DNA of 63,128 nt, counting the filler, from Octopus bimaculoides (taxonomy: Eukaryota): the NCBI RefSeq assembly GCF_001194135.2. It is 5 parts of 5 records of this genome, joined end to end, with 100 filler letters (N's around TTAATTAATTAA, not from the genome) between each part and the next. Parts side by side here need not be neighbours in the genome. Positions count along the whole stretch, not along the records: positions 1 to 28,683 come from NC_068982.1; positions 28,784 to 53,268 come from NC_068989.1; 3 more parts are not named here. The stretch is one strand, 5' to 3'. The notes beneath the pieces are model-generated. The model was not told the origin of the DNA. It ran no database searches and saw nothing but the letters and a program-made list of their open reading frames with translations. The position numbers were made by a program, and so were the translations under genes. Of this stretch, positions 25,848 through 38,270 are shown piece after piece. How positions within the stretch are numbered: position 1 is the first letter of the stretch; the number at the start of each line of letters is the position of its first letter.

Positions 25848-26730
25848 CAGGTTGAGTCAAAAGTTTTGTAATATTTTGATAACTTATTTTCTTTATTCGT
25901 CAAGTTACAACAAAAGAAGCCTTCAACAAAAGAAGCATTCGACAAAAAAGCATTCAAAGTCACCTTTCTGCCAGTTCTTTGATTTCACACTGATACCAGT
26001 TCTTGTTTTCCAGGCGAAAAACCCCTTCACTGAAGCTTTCACCACCTCTTGGCTGATGAAGCGCTGCGAGCGCAGGAGGTTATCCATGGATCGGAACAAG
26101 TATTAATCCGAGAGATCAAGATCCGGACTACATGCTGGATATGGCTTCAGTTCGATTCCACCAAGTTCCTGGAGTTTATTCCGGATCGTTCTAGTGGTAT
26201 TATATCTTGCGTTGTCTTGCTACAGAAGAGATTGCCTTCTGTTAACCAATGCTGGATAAATTTGCTGCACAATTGCATACAACCACTCCAGCAGTTCGGA
26301 GAACAGGTTGGCATCGATGGTTAGACCGTCTGGAAAGAACTCGTAGTGAATCATCGGATCATAATTCCAATAGATGCAAAGAATCACCCCGTGCTCGCTC
26401 ATGTTTTGCGAGAGGTTCGAGAAGCTGACCCTTACTCAAACACTATTTATGCACGTTAAGATTGCGGAAAACTATCTCCGTCGGATTGTTACTTGTCAAT
26501 GACTCAATTCCTGCACTTGCGCTGCATCAACAACAAGAAGAGGTGGAAGATTTCGTAAAGGAGTTCTTCGTTTCGGAGGACAAGAACTGGAATCAATGTG
26601 TGAAAGATAAGTAACTGCAGACAGTACAACACAAGGCCTCTACTTGAATGCTAGGTTGTTTTTATTGTAACTTAACGAATAAAAGAAATAAGTTAACAAA
26701 ATGTTGCAAAGCTTTAAACTGAATGCAATA
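25848..26730. mobile_element. mariner fold-back: two transposase 3' ends head-to-head
   Basis: Minus 26402-25848: ILCIYWNYD..QDNARY..PACSPDLDLSD, 3'UTR and TIR. Plus about 26470-26730: LSPSDCYL..EEVEDFVKEFF and a homologous 3'UTR/TIR. Confidence 0.8.
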
Positions 26731-26959
26731 CATGAAAGACAGTGTTTTCCAAATATTAAAAAAAAACTAAACCAAGATATGTATATGGAGACATGTACAT
26801 GAGTGTGTACGAAAGAATACACACACGCACATATGTGTATGTGTATATAAATATGCATGTGTGTCAGTGTGTGTGTGTCAGTGTGTGTATGTGTCTGTGA
26901 GTGAGTGTGTGTGCTAACGCACATAACTCAGTTCTTGAGTCACTCTGTTGCTCTTTTGC

Positions 26960-27011
<52 letters not shown>

Positions 27012-27058
27012 CATACAGAGATAGGTAGATAGATGGATAGATAGATAGATAGATAGAG

Positions 27059-27129
<71 letters not shown>

Positions 27130-27601
27130 CTAAGATCGACAAACACCATTTGCATGAAATTGGCAGGATGGAAACTCTATAGAAGACTGTGGTGTGAATT
27201 ATACGTATTTGACACGCACACTGTGTAGTGCAAATTTTGCATTAAGAGTACCGGTTATCTGGGGAGTGGTCAGTCACATCCAAATTAATTCAGGAGCAGA
27301 CTATGCAGTTGATAGTACAACTGATTCCTCACCGTCAAACAACAAAAATTAACCACGACCATGTAAATGGTTCCTCTTGCATCTCGAGTCTAACGCAATA
27401 GCGATCTTCACGCGAGATACGTTATCTCTCAGGAAGATGTATCTAACAATGTCTCGGTGAGCGTGTGATCTCACACTTACGCATGTTTAATATATATATT
27501 GCTTTCATTGATTCTCTGTAAAGGCCAAAGTATATTTTTCCTATGGTCTGCTGTATATTCTTCTTGTAGTTCATCAAGAGCGGCGAATGCGTTCAAATTG
27601 T

Positions 27602-27691
27602 TCCAATGGTATACATTTTCATATTTGCAGAATTTATATGGAAACCTTAATAACGTTCTATATGTTTTATTCTAGTACGATCACACACACA

Positions 27692-27733
<42 letters not shown>

Positions 27734-27845
27734 TATATATTTGCGCATACATATCTATATATTAAGTATCTGAAAGAGACCGAGAAAAATAGAAAGTGTG
27801 GGCGAATGTTGCTTATCAAGCGTACAACATATACATATATGTTGC
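27602..27845 (+). repeat. Direct duplicate, copy 2 (of 20942-21178)
   Basis: See copy 1; runs into an N gap. Confidence 0.9.
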
Positions 27846-28683
27846 NNNNNNNNNNNNNNNNNNNNNNNNNNNNNNNNNNNNNNNNNNNNNNNNNNNNNNN
27901 NNNNNNNNNNNNNNNNNNNNNNNNNNNNNNNNNNNNNNNNNNNNNATATATATATCAAATGGATGTCTTATAAAACTATTCCGCACATACAATAAGAGTC
28001 ATGCCAACAATCCAACACACCTCCATCATCAGCTGCTCCACTATGCTTTCGACACCTGCACATACCATTCAATCCGGTGGTGTCAACAGCAATAAAAACA
28101 AGTGTTGTTTGGGAATAAACATACCTTAGATATCACCATATTCAATAAATCTTAATTCTAGGAAGGATTAAACACTAACATTAATAATTAAACTACAACA
28201 AAGAAACCACATTTCCCGTATGTACAAAAACAGTATCGGTAAATTAACAATTGTATAGATAAACTTATGACTAACTCCTATATTATCTAACTAAACAACA
28301 ACCTAGCGCTTGGTGCCGATACAGATAATATCCCCACCAGTCTTCCATAGTTATATATATAAGAGTAAAAGCTTTAATATTCTATTCCTTCCAAAACAAA
28401 ACTCGATTGAACCTAATTAATAATATACATTTAAGTGGATTACATTATTTCATATCTCAAAAGTTAATAATTAAAACACTCCATATGTATTAAATATCCG
28501 TTATTGTTACCTACTTTAATGTTAAATTTACACCAGTAATTTGATAGATAATACTAAAATATCCTTATGAAATCAGAAACTAATAAAAAGAATAGCTATA
28601 ATTAACAATTGTTATTAAAACCATGTAACGATGAAAGGAAAATATATAACTGTTTAAAAGATTATATATATATATATATATAT

Positions 28684-28783
28684 NNNNNNNNNNNNNNNNN
28701 NNNNNNNNNNNNNNNNNNNNNNNNNNNTTAATTAATTAANNNNNNNNNNNNNNNNNNNNNNNNNNNNNNNNNNNNNNNNNNNN
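28684..28783. other. Artificial scaffold linker N44-TTAATTAATTAA-N44
   Basis: Exactly 100 bp; the 12-mer gives a stop in all six frames. Identical at 53269-53368, 58421-58520 and 60183-60282. Confidence 0.97.
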
Positions 28784-28946
28784 CCAATATTATCGACCTC
28801 GAAACGATGAAAGGTGAAGTCGACCTCGGCGCAAATTTTGAATTCAGAACGCAATGACGGGACGAAATACTGCTAAGCACTTTGCCCGGCGTGCTAACGA
28901 TTCTACCAGCTCGCCGCTTTCATAATAATAACAACAACATTAATAA

Positions 28947-29012
<66 letters not shown>

Positions 29013-29246
29013 GACAATGATGATGATGATAATGATGATGATGATTTCAAATTTTGGCACAAATGCCAGCAATTTCGGGAAGTAGGTAAATCGGCATTAT
29101 GTAAATCGATTACATCGACTACATTGTTCAATAGGTGCTTATTTTATCGATTCTGAAAGCGATGAAAGGCAAAGTTGACTCCGGCGGAAATTGAACTCAG
29201 AACGCAGAGAACTGGAGGAGAGGGAGAGCCGACAATAATAATAGTA

Positions 29247-29284
<38 letters not shown>

Positions 29285-29425
29285 CCTTTCTACTATAGGC
29301 ATAAGGCCTGAAATTTTAGAGGAGGGGGCCAGTTGATTAGATCGACCCCACAGGTATTTATTTAATCGATCCTGAAAGGATGAAAGGCAAAGTCGACCTC
29401 AGTGGAATTTGAACTCAGAACGTAA
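28784..29425 (-). mobile_element. Three SINE family B copies interleaved with (AAT)n/(GAT)n arrays
   Basis: Copies at about 28784-28919, 29043-29215 and 29280-29425 share GATGAAAGGCAAAGTCGACCTCGGCGGAATTTGAACTCAGAACG. Confidence 0.88.
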
Positions 29426-30147
29426 AGAGCCTAGGGAAAAAAACCAAAATAATAATGATAGTAATAATGATGATGATAATGATGGTGATGATGATCTAAT
29501 TTAATTATAAAGTGATTTAATTGATATATATATTTAAACATGTTGAGATAAGCAAACTATATTTTAAAAATTCGTTACGTGACTTTACCTTGATGGCTTT
29601 CACTTTCTCGCTGCACCGTTAAGCTTTCAAGTTGTTCTTCAACTAAGTTGCAGGTTACGTTAACGATGATAATTACAATGATAATTAAAACAGATACAAA
29701 TCACCAGGTTATAAGAAGTGTTGACTATAACGAGGACGATTATGACGATAGTGATGATTGTTGCCGGTGTGTTTTGTTTTTTGTTGTCTGCAGTTTCCAC
29801 AACGTTGCTCCCACCTGTAGTACGTTAGGCGTTGTATGATGTCAGGTTTGTTGCCAAAAACTTGCTTGTCCGTCAAATCGTCGACCGATCATATCGCCAG
29901 CTCTTATTTATATATCTTCTGCAAATGTGTGCGCGTGTGTGTACGTGTGTGCGCGTTGATCAGTGAAGTTGTGTAGGTGGGACATGTAAGTGTTTATGAG
30001 TAAATGTTTGTGTATGCACAAAGTGAAAGAACTGTCTCGCGCACGCGCAAGCGCACACATACACACACAGAGACAAACATGTACACACAGACATACATAG
30101 AAATACAGACAGACGCAAGCGCACACAGATATAAACACACGCCTACA

Positions 30148-30193
<46 letters not shown>

Positions 30194-31327
30194 GAAATTT
30201 ATCCGAATCCCTATCGATCAACATATCTGTCTGACTAGTATGCATGTATGTATAAAAGTATTTATGAAAGCATTATGTATGAGTATGTATNNNNNNNNNN
30301 NNNNNNNNNNNNNNNNNNNNNNNNNNNNNNNNNNNNNNNNNNNNNNNNNNNNNNNNNNNNNNNNNNNNNNNNNNNNNNNNNNNNNNNNNNNNNNNNNNNN
30401 NNNNNNNNNNNNNNNNNNNNNNNNNNNNNNNNNNNNNNNNNNNNNNNNNNNNNNNNNNNNNNNNNNNNNNNNNNNNNNNNNNNNNNNNNNNNNNNNNNNN
30501 NNNNNNNNNNNNNNNNNNNNNNNNNNNNNNNNNNNNNNNNNNNNNNNNNNNNNNNNNNNNNNNNNNNNNNNNNNNNNNNNNNNNNNNNNNNNNNNNNNNN
30601 NNNNNNNNNNNNNNNNNNNNNNNNNNNNNNNNNNNNNNNNNNNNNNNNNNNNNNNNNNNNNNNNNNNNNNNNNNNNNNNNNNNNNNNNNNNNNNNNNNNN
30701 NNNNNNNNNNNNNNNNNNNNNNNNNNNNNNNNNNNNNNNNNNNNNNNNNNNNNNNNNNNNNNNNNNNNNNNNNNNNNNNNNNNNNNNNNNNNNNNNNNNN
30801 NNNNNNNNNNNNNNNNNNNNNNNNNNNNNNNNNNNNNNNNNNNNNNNNNNNNNNNNNNNNNNNNNNNNNNNNNNNNNNNNNNNNNNNNNNNNNNNNNNNN
30901 NNNNNNNNNNNNNNNNNNNNNNNNNNNNNNNNNNNNNNNNNNNNNNNNNNNNNNNNNNNNNNNNNNNNNNNNNNNNNNNNNNNNNNNNNNNNNNNNNNNN
31001 NNNNNNNNNNNNNNNNNNNNNNNNNNNNNNNNNNNNNNNNNNNNNNNNNNNNNNNNNNNNNNNNNNNNNNNNNNNNNNNNNNNNNNNNNNNNNNNNNNNN
31101 NNNNNNNNNNNNNNNNNNNNNNNNNNNNNNNNNNNNNNNNNNNNNNNNNNNNNNNNNNNNNNNNNNNNNNNNNNNNNNNNNNNNNNNNNNNNNNNNNNNN
31201 NNNNNNNNNNNNNNNNNNNNNNNNNNNNNNNNNNNNNNNNNNNNNNNNNCTATCTATCTATCTATCTATCTATATATATATATGAACCTGAAAATATTGT
31301 ATGTATGTATGTATGTATGTATGTATG

Positions 31328-31358
<31 letters not shown>

Positions 31359-31517
31359 TTATGCATATATCTGTATGCGCGTGTCATGTAACTACCTGCA
31401 TATCTACTTAAAAATATAGACATGTCTATCTGTAACAGTATCTAATTAAATTAGTTCATTTAAATATGTATCCATTCATCTATCCATCAGTCTACCAATC
31501 TATCCATCTATCTACCA

Positions 31518-31564
<47 letters not shown>

Positions 31565-31779
31565 AGTCTGTCTGTGTATCTGTCTATCTATCTGTCTATC
31601 TTACGTTCTACTCGTCACTAGTTTAATACTTCAAGAACCTTAACCCCCACCCCCTCCGCCACCAATCACCGCTACCTCATCCCCCACCTCATCACCACCA
31701 CTATAACAGTATTCATTGACACATCCACCAACCCATCCAGGAAGCACACTTCCGAATAGCACACCCACAATTTCATTAC

Positions 31780-32000
31780 CGACCCTCCTACTTTGCTCTC
31801 ACCACTCCTTAGTTTTGCTGCCGCCACCACCATCACCACCACTACTACCACGACCACCATCACCATCACCACCATCACCACCATTACCACCGCTGCCGCC
31901 GCCCTCATACTCTGCAACCAGCACCGACACCACAGCTATCACTACCATCTCCACCTTCATAACTTTAACGCCGCCGCCACCATCACCACCACCACGACGT
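31780..32000. repeat. Degenerate (ACC)n/(GCC)n trinucleotide tract
   Basis: Direct reading; explains the poly-P/T/V ORFs. Confidence 0.9.
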
Positions 32001-33419
32001 TAAACACTGTCCGATAAATGTATGTTTTTTATGAATGAACGTGAGTCATCAAAGCATTTGACGACAGTTGCAGTTAACTGGATGGGTGTTGCTGGTGGGA
32101 CGTGTCAGATTTGGTGNNNNNNNNNNNNNNNNNNNNNNNNNNNNNNNNNNNNNNNNNNNNNNNNNNNNNNNNNNNNNNNNNNNNNNNNNNNNNNNNNNNN
32201 NNNNNNNNNNNNNNNNNNNNNNNNNNNNNNNNNNNNNNNNNNNNNNNNNNNNNNNNNNNNNNNNNNNNNNNNNNNNNNNNNNNNNNNNNNNNNNNNNNNN
32301 NNNNNNNNNNNNNNNNNNNNNNNNNNNNNNNNNNNNNNNNNNNNNNNNNNNNNNNNNNNNNNNNNNNNNNNNNNNNNNNNNNNNNNNNNNNNNNNNNNNN
32401 NNNNNNNNNNNNNNNNNNNNNNNNNNNNNNNNNNNNNNNNNNNNNNNNNNNNNNNNNNNNNNNNNNNNNNNNNNNNNNNNNNNNNNNNNNNNNNNNNNNN
32501 NNNNNNNNNNNNNTTGGTGAGAGGTGGGGGTAGGTAGGTGAAAGGCTGAGTGAGAGGGCTGGGTGCCAAAAGGGAAATAGAGGGGTGGGCGGGATTTTTT
32601 TTTGGCAAGGTTAAAGTCATAGGATGGGTTATAGAAGCTTAGGGTAGAACCACTCGAAACATTATTAGGAGTAGTAAAGTGTGTGTGTGTGTGTGTGTGT
32701 GTGAGTGTGTGTGTGTATGTGTGTGTGAGTGTGTGTGTATATGCATGTTTATATGCATGTGTGTGTTTGCGTGCTCGCATGCATGTATGTGTATGTGTGT
32801 GTGTGTGTGTGCGTGTGTTCGTGCATGAATTTGTGTACGTATGTGTGTGTGCTTGCGTGTGTGTGTGTATGTATGATTGTGAGCATGCATGTGTGCGCGT
32901 GTGTGCGTGTCTGCCAGTGCATCAATTTGTATGTGTGAATGTGTGTATGTACGCGTGTGTGTGTGTGTTTGTATGTGTGAATGTATGTGTGCGCGTGTGC
33001 GTGCGTGTGTGTACGTGTGCGTGTGTGAGCGCTAGGGTGTTCGGGCACGATTGTGTTTGTATGTGTGTATACATGCGTGTATACATGCGCGCGTACCGCT
33101 CTGAAAAGTTTTTCACATTTTATTATTTTTACTGAACCACTAAATTAAGGGGACGTAAACAAACCAATACCAGTCGTCAAGCGGTAGGAGGCAAACCAAA
33201 CACAAACAGGCTCAAACACGTGCGCACCCACACACAGAGACATTCGTGTACTTGCATGTATTTATATGTGTATGCATATACAAACATACATACATGCATA
33301 CATATATATATATGTGTGTGTGTGTGTATGTATATGTGTTTGTAAGTATGTATGTATGTATGTATGTATGTATACGCTCATATATATATATATATATATA
33401 TACATATATATATGGGAGA

Positions 33420-33575
33420 ATATACAAAAAATAACAACAGACGAGGACAGGTGGTGTAAATAACAAAAGTATATATTAGTATGACGCTCGGGAATACGGA
33501 AAGTCTTTGACGTTTCGAGCTACGCTCTTCAACAGAAAGAATACGGAGACAAGGAGAAAAACACGGAGAAAAAAA
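33420..33575 (-). mobile_element. Penelope-like pLTR copy
   Basis: Homologous to the 17600 and 44985 copies; carries a hammerhead fold. Confidence 0.7.
33504..33540 (-). ncRNA. Minimal type I hammerhead fold, core variant CUGUUGA
   Basis: TCTTT-CTGTTGA-A-GAGC-gta-GCTC-GAAAC-GTC-AAAGA: 5-bp stem I, 4-bp stem II, loopless palindromic stem III, GUC site. Confidence 0.75.
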
Positions 33576-33605
33576 ATTGAATAGTGTTCAGTCAACGGTC
33601 AATCA

Positions 33606-33645
<40 letters not shown>

Positions 33646-33820
33646 ATATGTGTTTGTAAGTATGTATGTATGTATGTATGTATGTATACGCTCATATATA
33701 TATNNNNNNNNNNNNNNNNNNNNNNNNNNNNNNNNNNNNNNNNNNNNNNNNNNNNNNNNNNNNNNNNNNNNNNNNNNNNNNNNNNNNNNNNNNNNNNNNN
33801 NNNNNNNNNNNNNNNNNNNN

Positions 33821-34110
33821 GAACTCCGCATACCGGAAGCCAGCAAGTGTATGGGGTCATCAGGAGAGAATGCGCGCCGTTTCGGGGCCTACCTCTCGAC
33901 GGCATCAATGCGCCCCCCCCCTCACTGATATGAGGCCCCGCTTGCTAGATCAACTGATTATTAAACAAAGCTCAATATTTCTCTAGCCATCGCTCATCGT
34001 CTCTTTTTAACCAAATCCAGTGGCTAGCCTTCTCCACTGTAGTTTGGATATCGGTAATGGTGGTATTTACCTTACGATGAGTTAGGCCTAACGATAACAG
34101 CAGTCGTTTA
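33821..34110 (-). mobile_element. Hero-type (restriction-like endonuclease) non-LTR element: C-terminus and 3' UTR
   Basis: KRLLLSLGLTHRKVNTTITDIQTTVEKASHWIWLKRDDERWLEKY*. The E.AS.W.WLKR..W ending is characteristic of Hero/R2-superfamily ORFs. Confidence 0.7.
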
Positions 34111-34120
34111 TATATATATA

Positions 34121-34750
34121 TTCTTTTATTCTTTTATATGTCTCAGCCTTGAGGTTGCGGCCATGCTGGGGCACCGCCATTATAATCGCCTTTTAATTGG
34201 CCAATTCTATGGGTTTGGCTTCTGGTGAAGGAGGGAGTTCGATATCGCTGCCCTCTTGGAGTTTCCTGCCTTTATATTGGTTCATCTGGGATCTTAGATA
34301 GTAAGAGGTCCAGTTGTTTCTTGAAAGCATCTACTCCCACTCCATGGAGGTCCGTCAGATATTTTAGCAAGGAGTTAAATAACTGCGGGCCCTTGAATCC
34401 CAAGCTATTGCAGTACATGGTCTTAGCCCTAGATGAGACAGCTGGAACTTTTGGAACAGTGCAGTGGCGTCCATTTCGTGGTCTGGAATAACTCTCAATT
34501 CCAAAGTTTGGTGCCAGCCCCTCCAGTATCCTCCATACATATATCACTGCGTACCTCTCCCGTCTTCGCTTCAGGGAGTAGAGTCGTAGTTCTTTCAGTC
34601 TCACCCAATAGCTCAGCTGTTCCATTGATGCAATTTTCTTCGTGTAGCATCTCTGAACCGCTATTAATCCTACAGTGTAGGGTGACCATAGTTGAGAGCG
34701 GGAGTCCAGACGGCTGAGGACATATGGCCTCCATAGGACCTCTAAGACAT
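34121..34750 (-). mobile_element. CR1/L2-group LINE 3' end with tail
   Basis: SQLWSPY..LIAVQRCYTKKI..LSYWVRLKELRLYSLKRRRERY..FKKQLDLLLSKIPDEP, then a 3'UTR and (AATAAAAG)-type tail. Confidence 0.9.
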
Positions 34751-35974
34751 ACACACACACACACACATATATATATNNNNNNNNNNNNNNNNNNNNNNNN
34801 NNNNNNNNNNNNNNNNNNNNNNNNNNNNNNNNNNNNNNNNNNNNNNNNNNNNNNNNNNNNNNNNNNNNNNNNNNNNNNNNNNNNNNNNNNNNNNNNNNNN
34901 NNNNNNNNNNNNNNNNNNNNNNNNNNNNNNNNNNNNNNNNNNNNNNNNNNNNNNNNNNNNNNNNNNNNNNNNNNNNNNNNNNNNNNNNNNNNNNNNNNNN
35001 NNNNNNNNNNNNNNNNNNNNNNNNNNNNNNNNNNNNNNNNNNNNNNNNNNNNNNNNNNNNNNNNNNNNNNNNNNNNNNNNNNNNNNNNNNNNNNNNNNNN
35101 NNNNNNNNNNNNNNNNNNNNNNNNNNNNNNNNNNNNNNNNNNNNNNNNNNNNNNNNNNNNNNNNNNNNNNNNNNNNNNNNNNNNNNNNNNNNNNNNNNNN
35201 NNNNNNNNNNNNNNNNNNNNNNNNNNNNNNNNNNNNNNNNNNNNNNNNNNNNNNNNNNNNNNNNNNNNNNNNNNNNNNNNNNNNNNNNNNNNNNNNNNNN
35301 NNNNNNNNNNNNNNNNNNNNNNNNNNNNNNNNNNNNNNNNNNNNNNNNNNNNNNNNNNNNNNNNNNNNNNNNNNNNNNNNNNNNNNNNNNNNNNNNNNNN
35401 NNNNNNNNNNNNNNNNNNNNNNNNNNNNNNNNNNNNNNNNNNNNNNNNNNNNNNNNNNNNNNNNNNNNNNNNNNNNNNNNNNNNNNNNNNNNNNNNNNNN
35501 NNNNNNNNNNNNNNNNNNNNNNNNNNNTATATATATATATATATATATATATTTCGGCAGAACTTACAGAATGACTCAAGGGCTTAAGTTTCGTGTATTG
35601 ACACAGTCCTTGAGTGATTAATTTTTGCTGATTATTAGTAAAAAAAAAAAAAAAACATATATGCTTATGCTTTGAATTCTATTTTTCTGTTTGCATCACT
35701 AAATCTGCACGCGTACGCACGTATATAATTAAACATTTGTAGGTAGGGTTCATTTAAATGAAGGTATTTTAATATTAAGGACACCAAATAAAGGTCAAGC
35801 ATATCCGTGTATATACTGTATACAGACACTCTTGTGTATATCTATGCATATACGGACATGTCCAAACACTTACAAATACGTGCACATGAGCACATCAATC
35901 CTCACTTGTTGCCAAAATGGGAGGAGCAACATTCACTCCATATTTTATTTTATTCTGAACACATTTCGTCTGTC

Positions 35975-36062
35975 TTTATGTTCTGAGTTCAAATTCCGCC
36001 GAGGTCGACTTTGCCTTTCATCTTTTCGAGAGTCGATAAATTAAGTACCAGTTGCCTACTAG
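35975..36062 (+). mobile_element. SINE family B fragment
   Basis: TTCTGAGTTCAAATTCCGCCGAGGTCGACTTTGCCTTTCATC..AAGTACCAGTTG. Confidence 0.85.
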
Positions 36063-36395
36063 GATCGGGACAAAATACCAAAATACCAAAAGAAGTCCAA
36101 CCCCGCTTCAGTTGTCGACTGTGATATTACTCCCTGTTTCGTGCTTTGATATTTTGTCGCGTACTTATCTCTCGTTGTGTGTTTACGTATATTTCACTCG
36201 TTGGTGATGTCCTGTTCTTATTGTATATTGTTTGGTATTTTGTCCTGTACTTATCTCTCGCGTGTTTACGTATTTTTCAATCGTTGGTGATGTCCTGTTC
36301 TTAATGTGTATTTTTGCATTTATTTAATACCTGAACGCCACGCAGCCCTTGTCAACAGCAAGTTTTTACGCACACACACACACACACACATAGAT

Positions 36396-36565
36396 GCCGG
36401 CGCGGCTGTGTAGTAAGCAGCTTGCTTCCCAACCACATGGTTCCGGGTTCAGTCCCACTGCCTGGCACTTTAGGCAGGTATCTTCTACTATAGCCTCGGG
36501 CCGATGAAAGCCCTATGAGTGGATTTGGTAGACGAAAACTAAAAGAAGCTCATCGTATATATATA
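36396..36565 (+). mobile_element. SINE family A 5' half, ending in (TA)n at a gap
   Basis: Matches 5937-6100. Confidence 0.88.
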
Positions 36566-37764
36566 GANNNNNNNNNNNNNNNNNNNNNNNNNNNNNNNNN
36601 NNNNNNNNNNNNNNNNNNNNNNNNNNNNNNNNNNNNNNNNNNNNNNNNNNNNNNNNNNNNNNNNNNNNNNNNNNNNNNNNNNNNNNNNNNNNNNNNNNNN
36701 NNNNNNNNNNNNNNNNNNNNNNNNNNNNNNNNNNNNNNNNNNNNNNNNNNNNNNNNNNNNNNNNNNNNNNNNNNNNNNNNNNNNNNNNNNNNNNNNNNNN
36801 NNNNNNNNNNNNNNNNNNNNNNNNNNNNNNNNNNNNNNNNNNNNNNNNNNNNNNNNNNNNNNNNNNNNNNNNNNNNNNNNNNNNNNNNNNNNNNNNNNNN
36901 NNNNNNNNNNNNNNNNNNNNNNNNNNNNNNNNNNNNNNNNNNNNNNNNNNNNNNNNNNNNNNNNNNNNNNNNNNNNNNNNNNNNNNNNNNNNNNNNNNNN
37001 NNNNNNNNNNNNNNNNNNNNNNNNNNNNNNNNNNNNNNNNNNNNNNNNNNNNNNNNNNNNNNNNNNNNNNNNNNNNNNNNNNNNNNNNNNNNNNNNNNNN
37101 NNTGAATATCTGTGCGAGTGTGTGTGTGATAACAGAACGTGTGTGTGCGTATGTGTGTTTGTGTGTGTGTGTGTGCATGGTTTGGTGGTTTATCTGTTAG
37201 TGTGTATGTGTGTTTGTGTGTGTGTGTGTGTGTGTGACGTAGTGGAAGGAATTAGTAGCAGGAATAGTTAGTGGGTGCTTATGGACAATGGTTAGTGGAA
37301 GGTCAGCAGGCAGTTTTTGAGTATGTGTGTGTTCGTGTATGTTTATATGTGGGGTTGTAGGTGTTGGGTACGTGTGCGTGTGTGTGTGTATTTTGTACGT
37401 GCGCGTGTGTGTATGTGTATGTTGTTGTGCGTGCGTGTGTGTTAGTGTGTATGTGTATGTTGTGTATATGTGCGTTGCTGTGTACGTGTGTGTGCGTGCG
37501 TTTGCTATTGTATGTGCGTGTGTTGTTTATGCCCATGCGTGTGTGATTGTATGCGTGTCTGTGTGAATGTGTTGTGTTGGTGAGAAGTGTGTGTGCGTGT
37601 GTGCGTGTGTATGTGTATGTGGGTGTGTGGGGTTGTGAGTGTTAGGTACGGGTGCGTGTGTGTGTATGCGCGTGTGTGTTTATGTGTGTCTGTATGTGTG
37701 TGTCATATATATATATATATGATAGTTCCTTTTATTTTAGGGACTAATATTTTTAAGACCTCAG

Positions 37765-38270
37765 AGATGGCAAGCTGGCAGAATCAGTAGCACGCCGGGC
37801 GAAATGCTTAGGGGCGTTCTGAGTTCAAATTCAGCAGAGGTCGACTTTGCCCTTCATCCTTTCGGAGTAGATAAAATAAATACTAGTCAAGCTCTGGAGT
37901 CGATGTAATCGATTCGTCCCCTTCCCGCAAAGTTTCATGCCTTGTGCCTATAGCAGAAAAGAGTGTTTTTAAAACTTCAAAGACGGTGAGCTGGCAGAAT
38001 CGCTGCACGCTGGTCAATATGCTTAGCGGCATTTCGCCCGTCATCCCGTTCCGAGTTCAAATTCCGCTGAGGTAGACTTTGTCTTTCACCCTTTCGGGGT
38101 CGATAAAATAAGTGCCAGTCGAGCACTGGGGTCGATGCAATCGGCATATTCCTACATTAATGTCTAATTTGATAATTTTCAAGTTTCAAAAGATGAGGTC
38201 TTAAATAGGGTAAAAAGAGTAATGACGAATTGCTGGCCTTGTGACAAAATTTGAAATCAATATTATTAAG
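37765..38270 (+). mobile_element. Two tandem SINE family B copies
   Basis: About 37765-37965 and 37983-38150; the tail of the second resumes near 38230-38270. Confidence 0.85.

Noticed and set aside
27240-27460. Non-repetitive stretch with a GTGAGC donor-like site
   Set aside because: All three plus-strand frames are interrupted; nothing recognisable.
28020-28095. CTGTTGA..GACACC/GGTGTC-GAAA..CTGATGA on the minus strand
   Set aside because: Core register and stems I and III do not fit.
29575-29665. Minus-strand exon candidate ending AAG|GTAAAG
   Set aside because: An upstream in-frame stop, no clear acceptor and an unrecognised peptide.
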